64,000 nt of DNA. Source: an uncultured Alphaproteobacteria bacterium. GTDB taxonomy: Bacteria > Pseudomonadota > Alphaproteobacteria > Methylaequorales > Methylaequoraceae. The stretch lies in contig CABYVV010000002.1 in NCBI GenBank assembly GCA_902522465.1, positions 1,764 through 65,763 on the forward strand. The letters are read 5' to 3'. Position numbers and translations under genes: made by a program. Of this stretch, positions 29,391-37,789 are shown in pieces (positions within the stretch are counted from its first letter, which is position 1; each line of letters starts with the position of its first letter). The notes beneath the pieces are model-generated. The model was not told where the DNA came from. It saw only the letters and a program-made list of their open reading frames with translations, and did not search any database.

Positions 29391-31148
29391 ATGAGTTTTA
29401 CCGAAAAATTACACAAAAAAAATATTATAGCGAAACCTGGCTTCAATAGATGGCTTGTTCCACCTGCATCAATAGCAATTCATCTTTGTATAGGGTCGGT
29501 TTATGCATGGAGTATGTTCAACCCGGCTCTTGTTAAAGTTTTGGGAGTGGTTACTTCATCAGGAGATGATTGGAATTTAGGGCAAGTTGTGTGGATTTTT
29601 TCAGTTGCTATTGTGTCACTTGGTTTGGCGGCAGCTTATGCTGGAAAATGGCTTGAGGAAGTTGGACCGCGGATGGTTGGTTTTGTTGCAGCCTGTTGTT
29701 GGGGTGGAGGTTTTTTAATTGGAGCTCTCGGTATCTACCTTCAGGAACAAGGAGTCCAAATAACTCTTTCTCTACCTATGTTTAGTGAAGAACCTTTGAT
29801 ATTAAGCATTGGGTTATATTTACTGTATTTAGGGTATGGAGTAATTGGCGGTATAGGATTAGGCTTGGGATATGTGTCCCCGGTATCCACACTTATAAGA
29901 TGGTTTCCAGACAGAAGAGGTATGGCAACTGGAATGGCAATAATGGGCTTTGGTGGAGGAGCAATGATTGCAAAGGTAACAATAGACCGCTTGCTTGCAA
30001 AATTCTATAAGGTTCCTGAATTTCTAGGTGAAATAGACTCTGTTAATTTAATAACAGAGGGTGGAAGAAGGTTTGTTGATGTATCTGGCGCTTTAGTTGA
30101 AGTTGTAGTTGTCACAGTAAATGATATTGCCAAGATGATCGTTCCAGGTGACCCAGGAGTTTATATAGTTGGAACTGGATCAAGCGGTGCAGCTCAAACT
30201 TTTCTTTTTCTTGGTATTGTATACTTTGTAATAATGACAATTGCTGCATTTTCTTACAGAGTTCCACCCGAAGGCTGGGCTCCAAAGGGTTGGTCTCCTC
30301 CAAAAGATTCCAAAAAAACCAGATTGATAACTAAAAATAATGTACACATAGATCAGGCCCTTAAAACCCCCCAATTTTACTTTTTGTGGATCGTCTTATG
30401 TTTCAATGTCACAGCTGGAATTGGAGTTATTGGAGTTGCAAAGACAATGATGATAGAAATATTTGAGCCAAGTTTGCCATCAATTGTAACAGCAGGATTT
30501 GCTGGAACATACGTACTTATGATAAGTGTGTTTAACATGGTTGGAAGAATATTTTGGGCTTCAATGTCAGATTTTATTGGAAGAAAAACTACTTATTTCA
30601 TATTTTTTTCTCTAGGAATCTTTTTGTATTTATCTATCCCATTTACTGCAAAAGCAATGAGTGTAGATCCTGTTGTTACCTACCTAATATTATTCTATGC
30701 CGCATCAATGATTATTTTTACAATGTATGGAGGAGGGTTTGCTACAATACCAGCATACCTAGCCGATATTTTTGGTACTAAATATGTAGGAGGTATTCAC
30801 GGACGACTTCTAACTGCCTGGTCAACAGCTGGAGTTTTAGGACCAGTTGCAATTACCCAGTTAAGACAAAATTCAGTAGATAACGCCATTACCGACCTAG
30901 TAAGTAAAATAAGTCCAGAAAAGTTCTCAGAAATTTATGGTGATTCAATTGAGAATCTCTCGCTATTAGTTCAACAAAAAACAGTTACAATTTCAAATTT
31001 AATGCCTCATATGCCAGAAGGTACAATCAATCCGTCTACAACTCTCTATAATTCAACAATGTTTGCTATGGCTGCTTTACTAGGTATTGCTTTTATATCG
31101 AACTTATTGATAGGGCCAGTTAACGAAAAACATCACATGAAAGAATAA
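29391..31148 (+). CDS. MFS transporter, oxalate/formate antiporter (OFA)-like, long form
   Basis: Multiple hydrophobic helices, with MFS-type FPDRRGMATGMAIMGFGGG between helices. 585 aa, with a long central soluble insertion and a C-terminal extension ending in an extra helix. The ATG comes directly after the mobA stop. Confidence 0.7.
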   Translation: MSFTEKLHKKNIIAKPGFNRWLVPPASIAIHLCIGSVYAWSMFNPALVKVLGVVTSSGDDWNLGQVVWIFSVAIVSLGLAAAYAGKWLEEVGPRMVGFVAACCWGGGFLIGALGIYLQEQGVQITLSLPMFSEEPLILSIGLYLLYLGYGVIGGIGLGLGYVSPVSTLIRWFPDRRGMATGMAIMGFGGGAMIAKVTIDRLLAKFYKVPEFLGEIDSVNLITEGGRRFVDVSGALVEVVVVTVNDIAKMIVPGDPGVYIVGTGSSGAAQTFLFLGIVYFVIMTIAAFSYRVPPEGWAPKGWSPPKDSKKTRLITKNNVHIDQALKTPQFYFLWIVLCFNVTAGIGVIGVAKTMMIEIFEPSLPSIVTAGFAGTYVLMISVFNMVGRIFWASMSDFIGRKTTYFIFFSLGIFLYLSIPFTAKAMSVDPVVTYLILFYAASMIIFTMYGGGFATIPAYLADIFGTKYVGGIHGRLLTAWSTAGVLGPVAITQLRQNSVDNAITDLVSKISPEKFSEIYGDSIENLSLLVQQKTVTISNLMPHMPEGTINPSTTLYNSTMFAMAALLGIAFISNLLIGPVNEKHHMKE

Positions 31149-31159
31149 TCTTGAAGACT

Positions 31160-33916
31160 TCAAGCAGTTAACTTTTCAATCTTGGCAGCACAATATTTTA
31201 GTTCAGGGATTTTACCATCCGGATCTAAAGCCTGGTTTGTAAGCAGATTTGCCGGTGCATTCTCAAAGCAAAAAGGCATAAAAATCATTCCATCAGGAAT
31301 CATTTTATCAAACCTAACTTTGACACTTATCTTGCCTCTCCTTGTGGATAGTTCAACTTGTTCGTCTTGTGAGAAGTTATTTTTTTTCATTTCATTTTTT
31401 GAAAGATGAACATAAGGTTGTGGTTCAATAGTATTTAGGACCTTCGATCTACTTGTCATTGATCCAGTGTGCCAGTGCTCTAATAATCTTCCTGTAGTGA
31501 GGACAAAAGGAAATTTCTCGTCTGGACTTTCGTCAGGAGAAATAAGTTTTGCCGGTACTAGTTTACCCTTTTTATTGTGTGTAGGAAAACCCTCGCCAAA
31601 AATCACCTCATTTCCTGGTTTGTTTTCGTCATCACAGGGGTAAGTGACAGCACCATCTTTTATTAACCTCTCCCAAGTAATATTTTTCATTGATTCCATA
31701 CATTTACTTAGTTCATCATAAACTTCGTCAGGACCGGAATAATTCCAGTTAAGCCCCATTCTTTTTGCTAATTCCTGTATAATCCAAAGATCTTGTTTGG
31801 CCTCTCCCGGAGGGTTTATTGCTTTTTTTGCTAATTGAACTCGTCTGTCTGTATTCGTAAAAGTTCCAGTTTTTTCTGGAAAAGCAGAGGCAGGTAAAAC
31901 TATATCAGCAAGATAAGCAGTTTCTGTTAAGAATATATCTTGAACTATGAGTATTTCTAATTTAGCAAGTGCTTCTCTTGCGTGATTGGCGTTAGGGTCT
32001 GACATAGCTGGGTTTTCACCCATGACATACAAACCTTTAATATTTTTTTCATAAATAGACTCCATTATCTCGACCACAGTTAAACCAGGGTTAGGGTCAA
32101 GTTTGGTTTGCCAATAATTTTCGAAGAACTCTACATTTTTTTTATCTGAGATCGGCTGGTAGTCAGGATATACCATTGGAATCAATCCAACATCTGAAGC
32201 ACCTTGAACATTGTTTTGTCCTCTAAGAGGATGAAGTCCTGTTCCCTTCCTTCCAATATTACCAGTTATCATTGCAAGTGAAATTAAGCATCTGGAGTTA
32301 TCAGTTCCATGGATATGCTGAGAAATTCCCATCCCCCAAAAGATCATAGCTGATTTTGCATTAGCAAAAAGTCTTGCTGTTTCTTTAATCTCTTTTGGAG
32401 AAATTCCACATATTTCCGTCATCTCTTCTGGTGTAAAATCTTTAATATGTTCTTTTAACTCTTTGTAACCCTCTGTATTTTTTTCAATATATTGTCTATC
32501 AACCAATCCTTCTTCAACAATTGTATTTATCATTGCATTTAATAATGCTACATCAGCTCCAGGTCTAAATTGAAGACTTTTCTCAGCTATTCTGGATAAA
32601 TCTTGTTTTCTTGGATCCATTATTATCAACTTTAAATTATTTTTTTTTACAGCATTCTTTATAAATGTTGCCGCTACAGGGTGATTCTGTGTTGGTCTTG
32701 CGCCGATAACTATTGCAACATCAGCATTTTGAATTTCTGATACTGGAGCCGTAACAGCTCCTGAACCAATTGTTTCCATGAGTGCTGCGACTGAGGAAGC
32801 ATGACACATTCTTGTGCAATGATCTACGTTGTTATTTTTAAAGCCTGTTCTGATGAGCTTTTGAAATAAATAAGCTTCTTCATTTGAACCTTTCGCGCAT
32901 CCAAAACCAGCCAAAGATCTATCCCCAGATTTGTTTAGTATATCTTTCAGTTTGTTGGCAGCTAGGTCAAGAGCTTCATTCCAGGATGCTTCTCTAAAGT
33001 GAGTAAATGGGTTTGAAGGATCGATTTTCTCTAGTGGGTTTTTAGGTTTATCTGATTTTCTAATCAGAGGTACTTTCAGTCTTTCTGGGTTATGAACATA
33101 ATCAAATCCAAATCTTCCTTTAACGCATAGCCTATTCTTGTTGGCTGGTCCATCTCTTCCATCAACGGAAATTATTTTTTCATTTTGAATATTATATGTT
33201 AGTTGGCAACCAACACCACAATAAGGACATAATGAATCGACCCTTCTGTCTGGTTTGGCGTTTTTTGAACCATCTTCATCTAATAAACTAGATTCCATTA
33301 ATGCGCCAGTAGGACATGCCTGAACACATTCTCCACAACTCACACAAGATGAATCACCCATTGGATCATTAAAGTCAAAAATAACCTTCGAATGATGTCC
33401 TCTATTTCCCATTCCAATTACGTCATTAACTTGAACTTCTCTGCATGCTCTTACACATAGGTTGCAATGAATACATGCATCAAGGTTAACTGACATTGCA
33501 ACATGTGAAGAGTCTTCGGATGGAACTATATTTTTTTCTCTTTTATCAAATCTACTCTTTTCTATATCTAAACTTGAAGCTATATTCCAAAAATGTGAAT
33601 CGGGATCGTGAGAAGTTTCTCTATTTGGCTGATCAGTAACTAAAAGTTCTAAAATCATTTTTCTAGACTTTGTTGATCGTTCATCATTAGTTAAAACTTT
33701 CATCCCCTCAACAGGCTTTCTAATACAGGAAGCTGCTAAAACTCTTTCTCCCTCAATAGAAACCATACATGCTCTACAGTTGCCGTCCGCTCTATATCCA
33801 GGTTTATCCGCAAAACAAAGGTGAGGAAGAACAATTCCTTCTCTTTTGGCGACAGTCCAAATTGTTTCGTCGTCTTTTGCTTTTACCCTTTTATTATTGA
33901 GAAAAAATTCAACCAT
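31160..33916 (-). CDS. fdsA: NAD-dependent formate dehydrogenase, alpha (Mo-bis-PGD) subunit
   Basis: N-terminal 2Fe-2S plus several 4Fe-4S Cys clusters (CIHCNLCVRAC, CVSCGECVQACP, CPYCGVGC). The molybdopterin domain has the active site ..DHCTRMCHASS.. (Cys, not Sec). 918 aa. Confidence 0.92.
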   Translation of the reverse strand: MVEFFLNNKRVKAKDDETIWTVAKREGIVLPHLCFADKPGYRADGNCRACMVSIEGERVLAASCIRKPVEGMKVLTNDERSTKSRKMILELLVTDQPNRETSHDPDSHFWNIASSLDIEKSRFDKREKNIVPSEDSSHVAMSVNLDACIHCNLCVRACREVQVNDVIGMGNRGHHSKVIFDFNDPMGDSSCVSCGECVQACPTGALMESSLLDEDGSKNAKPDRRVDSLCPYCGVGCQLTYNIQNEKIISVDGRDGPANKNRLCVKGRFGFDYVHNPERLKVPLIRKSDKPKNPLEKIDPSNPFTHFREASWNEALDLAANKLKDILNKSGDRSLAGFGCAKGSNEEAYLFQKLIRTGFKNNNVDHCTRMCHASSVAALMETIGSGAVTAPVSEIQNADVAIVIGARPTQNHPVAATFIKNAVKKNNLKLIIMDPRKQDLSRIAEKSLQFRPGADVALLNAMINTIVEEGLVDRQYIEKNTEGYKELKEHIKDFTPEEMTEICGISPKEIKETARLFANAKSAMIFWGMGISQHIHGTDNSRCLISLAMITGNIGRKGTGLHPLRGQNNVQGASDVGLIPMVYPDYQPISDKKNVEFFENYWQTKLDPNPGLTVVEIMESIYEKNIKGLYVMGENPAMSDPNANHAREALAKLEILIVQDIFLTETAYLADIVLPASAFPEKTGTFTNTDRRVQLAKKAINPPGEAKQDLWIIQELAKRMGLNWNYSGPDEVYDELSKCMESMKNITWERLIKDGAVTYPCDDENKPGNEVIFGEGFPTHNKKGKLVPAKLISPDESPDEKFPFVLTTGRLLEHWHTGSMTSRSKVLNTIEPQPYVHLSKNEMKKNNFSQDEQVELSTRRGKISVKVRFDKMIPDGMIFMPFCFENAPANLLTNQALDPDGKIPELKYCAAKIEKLTA

Positions 33917-33923
33917 GTTGATA

Positions 33924-35588
33924 TTATAATCTGTCTTTAAAGTAATTTAAAGAACAAGTTATTGGATTTCCAGCAGCTTGCCCCAACCCGCAAATTGATG
34001 ATTCGCTCATGGTATCAACAAGTTCTCTTAACAACTTTTCGTCCCAAATGTTTTTTTCTAAAAGTTTTACCGCTTTTTCAGTACCAACCCTGCATGGTGT
34101 ACATTGACCACAGCTTTCATCATTGAAAAATTTTAATAAATTTAAAACCACACTTTTTATACTGTCTTTATGCGAAAAGACAACAATCGCCCCTGAACCA
34201 ATAAAACAACCATGTTTTTCGAGAGAACCAAAATCTAGTGGTATATCTGCTTTTTCTGCTGGAAGGATTCCACCCGAGGCGCCTCCTGGTAGATAACCAA
34301 AAAAATTATGACCATCCTGCATTCCTCCACAATATTCGTTTAGCAATTCATTCATAGTAATACCTGCGGGTGCAAGTTTTACTCCAGGCTCTTTCACTCT
34401 TCCAGAAACAGAATAGCTATGAGGACCTTTGTGTCCATTTTTACCTTGATTACTATACCACTTATGTCCTTTTTCAAGAATATCTCTAACCCAATATACC
34501 GTTTCAATGTTATGGTTAAGCGTAGGTTTACCAAAAAGACCAATTTTTGAAACAAAAGGGGGTTTATGTCTCGGAAGGCCTCTTTTACCTTCAATAGATT
34601 CAATCATAGCTGACTCTTCCCCGCAAATATAAGCGCCAGCGCCTCTTCTTAAATAAATTTTAATCTCATTACCTATGATCTTACTATTTTGTAATTTATT
34701 TAATTCTTTTTTCATTTTTTTAATAATTCCTGGATACTCGTCTCTCATGTAAATATATATTTTCTTGGCTTCTACGGCCCATGCAGCTATTAGCATTCCT
34801 TCAAAGAATTTATGCATATTTGTTTCTAAATAAAGTTTATCTTTAAATGTTCCTGGCTCGCCTTCATCTCCATTGATTGTCATAAGTCGAGGGGCTTTCT
34901 CCATCCTGACAAATTTCCATTTTTGTCCAGATGGAAAACCTGCTCCTCCCATACCTTTTAAACCCGATTTATCAAGTTCATCAATAACTTCTTCAACACT
35001 AATTTTACCTTCGTAGCATTTGGTTAGGATTTTATAGCCATCATTAGCAATGTATTCTTCGAAGGAAATGCCTCCTATTTCTTTAGGATGAACTTCGTTT
35101 TTTAATAAAGCATTTTCAACATCTTTGAGGGAAAATTTTTCTAAGTGATTATGCCCAACCTCACAGGCTGGAGCTTTATCACATAAACCCATGCATGGAG
35201 CTCTTATAACCCTAACTTTATTTTTGTCTAGTTTTGAATTAAGCTTTTTCATTAGATCTTTGGCCCCAAACAATTCGCATGTTAAACTGTCACACACTCT
35301 AATGGTTGTAGGTGGTAATGATTTATCTTCATCTTCGATAACATCAAAATGAGCATAAAATGTTGCTACTTCAAAGGCTTCAGCCATAGGTATTTTTAGT
35401 AGGGTAGCGAGTGCAGCAAGATGTTTTTTTCGAATTTGATTATATTTGTCTTGAATTAAATGAAGAAACTCAATGAGCATATCTCTCTTCAAAGGAAGAT
35501 GATCTATTAACTCTTTAATTTCTAATACATCAGAATCTCTAGTGTCTCTACCTTTTGGGTAAAATTTTTTGTTTTTTATATTAAGCAT
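33924..35588 (-). CDS. fdsB: NAD-dependent formate dehydrogenase diaphorase subunit (fused NuoE-like gamma and NuoF-like beta)
   Basis: N-terminal thioredoxin-like 2Fe-2S pattern (CDSLTC ... CMGLC). FMN/NADH site GMGGAGFPSGQKW. 4Fe-4S ESCGQCTPCR. Confidence 0.9.
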   Translation of the reverse strand: MLNIKNKKFYPKGRDTRDSDVLEIKELIDHLPLKRDMLIEFLHLIQDKYNQIRKKHLAALATLLKIPMAEAFEVATFYAHFDVIEDEDKSLPPTTIRVCDSLTCELFGAKDLMKKLNSKLDKNKVRVIRAPCMGLCDKAPACEVGHNHLEKFSLKDVENALLKNEVHPKEIGGISFEEYIANDGYKILTKCYEGKISVEEVIDELDKSGLKGMGGAGFPSGQKWKFVRMEKAPRLMTINGDEGEPGTFKDKLYLETNMHKFFEGMLIAAWAVEAKKIYIYMRDEYPGIIKKMKKELNKLQNSKIIGNEIKIYLRRGAGAYICGEESAMIESIEGKRGLPRHKPPFVSKIGLFGKPTLNHNIETVYWVRDILEKGHKWYSNQGKNGHKGPHSYSVSGRVKEPGVKLAPAGITMNELLNEYCGGMQDGHNFFGYLPGGASGGILPAEKADIPLDFGSLEKHGCFIGSGAIVVFSHKDSIKSVVLNLLKFFNDESCGQCTPCRVGTEKAVKLLEKNIWDEKLLRELVDTMSESSICGLGQAAGNPITCSLNYFKDRL

Positions 35589-35642
35589 ATTAAAATATTT
35601 AAAGTGTTTTATTAATATATATATTATAATTTTTTTGAAATA

Positions 35643-36155
35643 CTATAGATGATCTTTTAAAATTTTACCAATTTTTACTGATAAATCACCCCCTTCGAAC
35701 AAAAACCCTTTTATTGATGCATTCCTCGCCGTCTCAAGATCACTTAACTTATCTCCAACCATAAAACATCTTCCCTTGTCTAGATTATATTTCTCAACTG
35801 CTTCATCTATCATTTTTGGTGAAGGTTTTCGTCTTGATTCTCTGTCATTTGAAGGTAAATCTTCAGAAAAAAAAAAATCATTGATTTGAACATCATTCTC
35901 TTTAAGAACTTTATTCATCCACTTGTGCAAATTTTTAACATCATTTGAAGTGTAGTAACCTCTCCCGACTCCAGATTGATTTGTTATTACGATAACTAGG
36001 TAATTGTTTTTCTTTAATAATTTTATAGCTTCAATTGCTCCTTTTATCCACCTAAAGTCCTCACTTCTATGAAGATATCCAATATCCTCATTAATAACTC
36101 CATCTCTATCTAAAAAGCATGCTTTATTAATTTTTTTAAATTTTTCTTGATTCAT
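35643..36155 (-). CDS. gmhB: D-glycero-D-manno-heptose 1,7-bisphosphate phosphatase (HAD-IIIA)
   Basis: CFLDRDGVIN, VITNQSG, RKPSPKMI and VGDKLSD. Confidence 0.8.
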   Translation of the reverse strand: MNQEKFKKINKACFLDRDGVINEDIGYLHRSEDFRWIKGAIEAIKLLKKNNYLVIVITNQSGVGRGYYTSNDVKNLHKWMNKVLKENDVQINDFFFSEDLPSNDRESRRKPSPKMIDEAVEKYNLDKGRCFMVGDKLSDLETARNASIKGFLFEGGDLSVKIGKILKDHL

Positions 36156-36201
36156 TTTTTTTCAAATATAATTATAGTGCAATAAATTATAATGTTGAAA
36201 T

Positions 36202-36630
36202 ATGGTTAAAAAAAAAAAAATTAACGGTTCCTACACTCCATCTGAGAATGAAAAGTTCATGAATCCTCAACAATTAGATTATTTTAGACAACTTCTCTTG
36301 GATTGGAAAAATGATCTTATGAAAGGCTCATCAACAACTATCAGCAACCTAAAAGAAGAATCATCTAATAAACCTGATAATGCAGACAGGGCTTCAATTG
36401 AATCCGAAAGAAGTCTTGAACTAAGAACTAGGGATCGGGAGAGAAAATTAATTAATAAAATAAATAAAGCGCTAAAAAAAATTGAGGATGGTACTTACGG
36501 TTTTTGTGAAGATACCAACCAACCGATATCTCTTAAAAGATTAATTGCAAGACCTATTGCTACCCTTTCACTTGAAGCTCAAGAATCACACGAGAAATCA
36601 GAAAAAATTTATAAAGAGACAGAATATTAA
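36202..36630 (+). CDS. dksA: RNA polymerase-binding transcription factor DksA (Cys-poor, non-zinc-finger variant)
   Basis: Coiled-coil tip DNADRA (DxxDxA). The C-terminal region YGFCEDTNQPISLKRLIARPIATLSLEAQ aligns with E. coli YGYCESCG..RRLEARPTADLCIDCK but keeps only 1 of 4 Cys. Confidence 0.88.
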   Translation: MVKKKKINGSYTPSENEKFMNPQQLDYFRQLLLDWKNDLMKGSSTTISNLKEESSNKPDNADRASIESERSLELRTRDRERKLINKINKALKKIEDGTYGFCEDTNQPISLKRLIARPIATLSLEAQESHEKSEKIYKETEY

Positions 36631-36657
36631 ATTAATTGTTGTATTAACATTTTCAAA

Positions 36658-36666
36658 TGATAATAT
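36658..36666 (+). promoter_or_regulatory. Candidate extended -10 element (TGaTAATAT) of the recA promoter
   Basis: TGATAATAT lies 25 nt upstream of the recA ATG. A possible -35 (TTGTAT, 36639-36644) sits at 16-nt spacing. This is pattern match only, in AT-rich DNA. Confidence 0.3.
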
Positions 36667-36671
36667 GATTA

Positions 36672-36686
36672 GAACATTAATAGAAC
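36672..36686 (+). promoter_or_regulatory. Alphaproteobacterial-type LexA (SOS) box GAAC-N7-GAAC
   Basis: GAACattaataGAAC, embedded in a perfect 9-nt direct repeat TAGAACATT (36670-36678 and 36681-36689), ending 4 nt before the recA ATG. Confidence 0.7.
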
Positions 36687-36690
36687 ATTT

Positions 36691-37755
36691 ATGGATAAAC
36701 TTAAAACTTTAGAGTCTACAATCAGCCAAATTGAGAGAAACTTTGGAAAAGGCTCGGTAATGAAACTAGGAGAAAGAGAAGTTGTAGAGATAGACGCAAT
36801 TTCGTCTGGATCTCTTAGCCTTGATATGGCCTTAGGTATTGGTGGTCTGCCAAAAGGAAGGATAGTCGAGATATATGGTCCTGAAAGTTCTGGAAAAACT
36901 ACACTCGCACTTCATGTAATTGCAGAAGCTCAGAAGAAAGGTGGAACTTGTGCATTTGTTGACGCTGAGCACGCTTTAGACCCAATATATGCAAAAAAAC
37001 TTGGAGTTAATACCGATGAAATGTTGATATCACAACCAGACAATGGAGAACAGGCACTTGAAATAGCTGACACACTAGTGAATTCCAACGCTATTGACGT
37101 TTTAGTTGTCGATTCAGTAGCTGCGCTAGTACCTCGTGCAGAAATAGAGGGAGATATGGGAGATTCACATATGGGCTTACACGCGAGGTTAATGAGTCAA
37201 GCTTTACGAAAGCTAACCGGATCAATATCAAGATCTCAAGCTCTGGTAATTTTTATTAATCAAATTAGACAAAAAATTGGTGTTATGTTTGGTAGTCCCG
37301 AAACCACAACAGGTGGAAATGCTCTAAAATTTTACGCTTCAATTAGAATGGATATTAGGAGAATAGGCGCTATTAAAGATAGAGATGAGGTTGTAGGAAA
37401 TCAAACTAGAGTTAAGGTTGTAAAAAATAAATTAGCTCCCCCATTTAAAACAGTTGAATTTGACATTATGTACGGTGAAGGTATTTCAAAAACTGGAGAG
37501 ATATTAGACCTTGCTACTAAGGATGGGTTGGTAGAAAAAGCAGGTGCATGGTATTCTTATAATGGTGAAAGAATTGGTCAAGGAAGAGAAAATGCTAAAA
37601 TGTATTTAAAAGAAAATAATAATATTGCCTCCGAAATAGAACAAACAATTAGATCAAAATCAGTGAATCAAGAGGAGGGTCTAGATGAAAAACCAGTAGA
37701 TGAGGCTAAACACGATAAAAAAGATTCAGAAAATAAAGAAATCAAAGTTGATTAA
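36691..37755 (+). CDS. recA: Recombinase A
   Basis: Walker [10 protein letters not shown], plus [12 protein letters not shown] and [30 protein letters not shown]. Confidence 0.97.
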   Translation: MDKLKTLESTISQIERNFGKGSVMKLGEREVVEIDAISSGSLSLDMALGIGGLPKGRIVEIYGPESSGKTTLALHVIAEAQKKGGTCAFVDAEHALDPIYAKKLGVNTDEMLISQPDNGEQALEIADTLVNSNAIDVLVVDSVAALVPRAEIEGDMGDSHMGLHARLMSQALRKLTGSISRSQALVIFINQIRQKIGVMFGSPETTTGGNALKFYASIRMDIRRIGAIKDRDEVVGNQTRVKVVKNKLAPPFKTVEFDIMYGEGISKTGEILDLATKDGLVEKAGAWYSYNGERIGQGRENAKMYLKENNNIASEIEQTIRSKSVNQEEGLDEKPVDEAKHDKKDSENKEIKVD

Positions 37756-37789
37756 TTAATTAGTTTTTCATTATAATTAGATAGTTTAA

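Noticed and set aside
31160-33916. Selenocysteine (in-frame TGA) in the formate dehydrogenase alpha subunit.
   Set aside because: The ORF is uninterrupted and the active-site position is encoded as Cys (..DHCTRMCHASS..). No SECIS-like context is needed.
36208-36220. Long poly-A tracts as phase-variation switches. Examples are A13 at the 5' end of dksA, A12 at 58544-58555, A11 at 24690-24700, 2632-2642 and about 35867-35877, and A10 at 61071-61080.
   Set aside because: A10-A13 runs are frequent throughout this window and simply encode Lys-runs in an extremely AT-rich genome. They occur in essential genes as well, so nothing singles them out as contingency loci.
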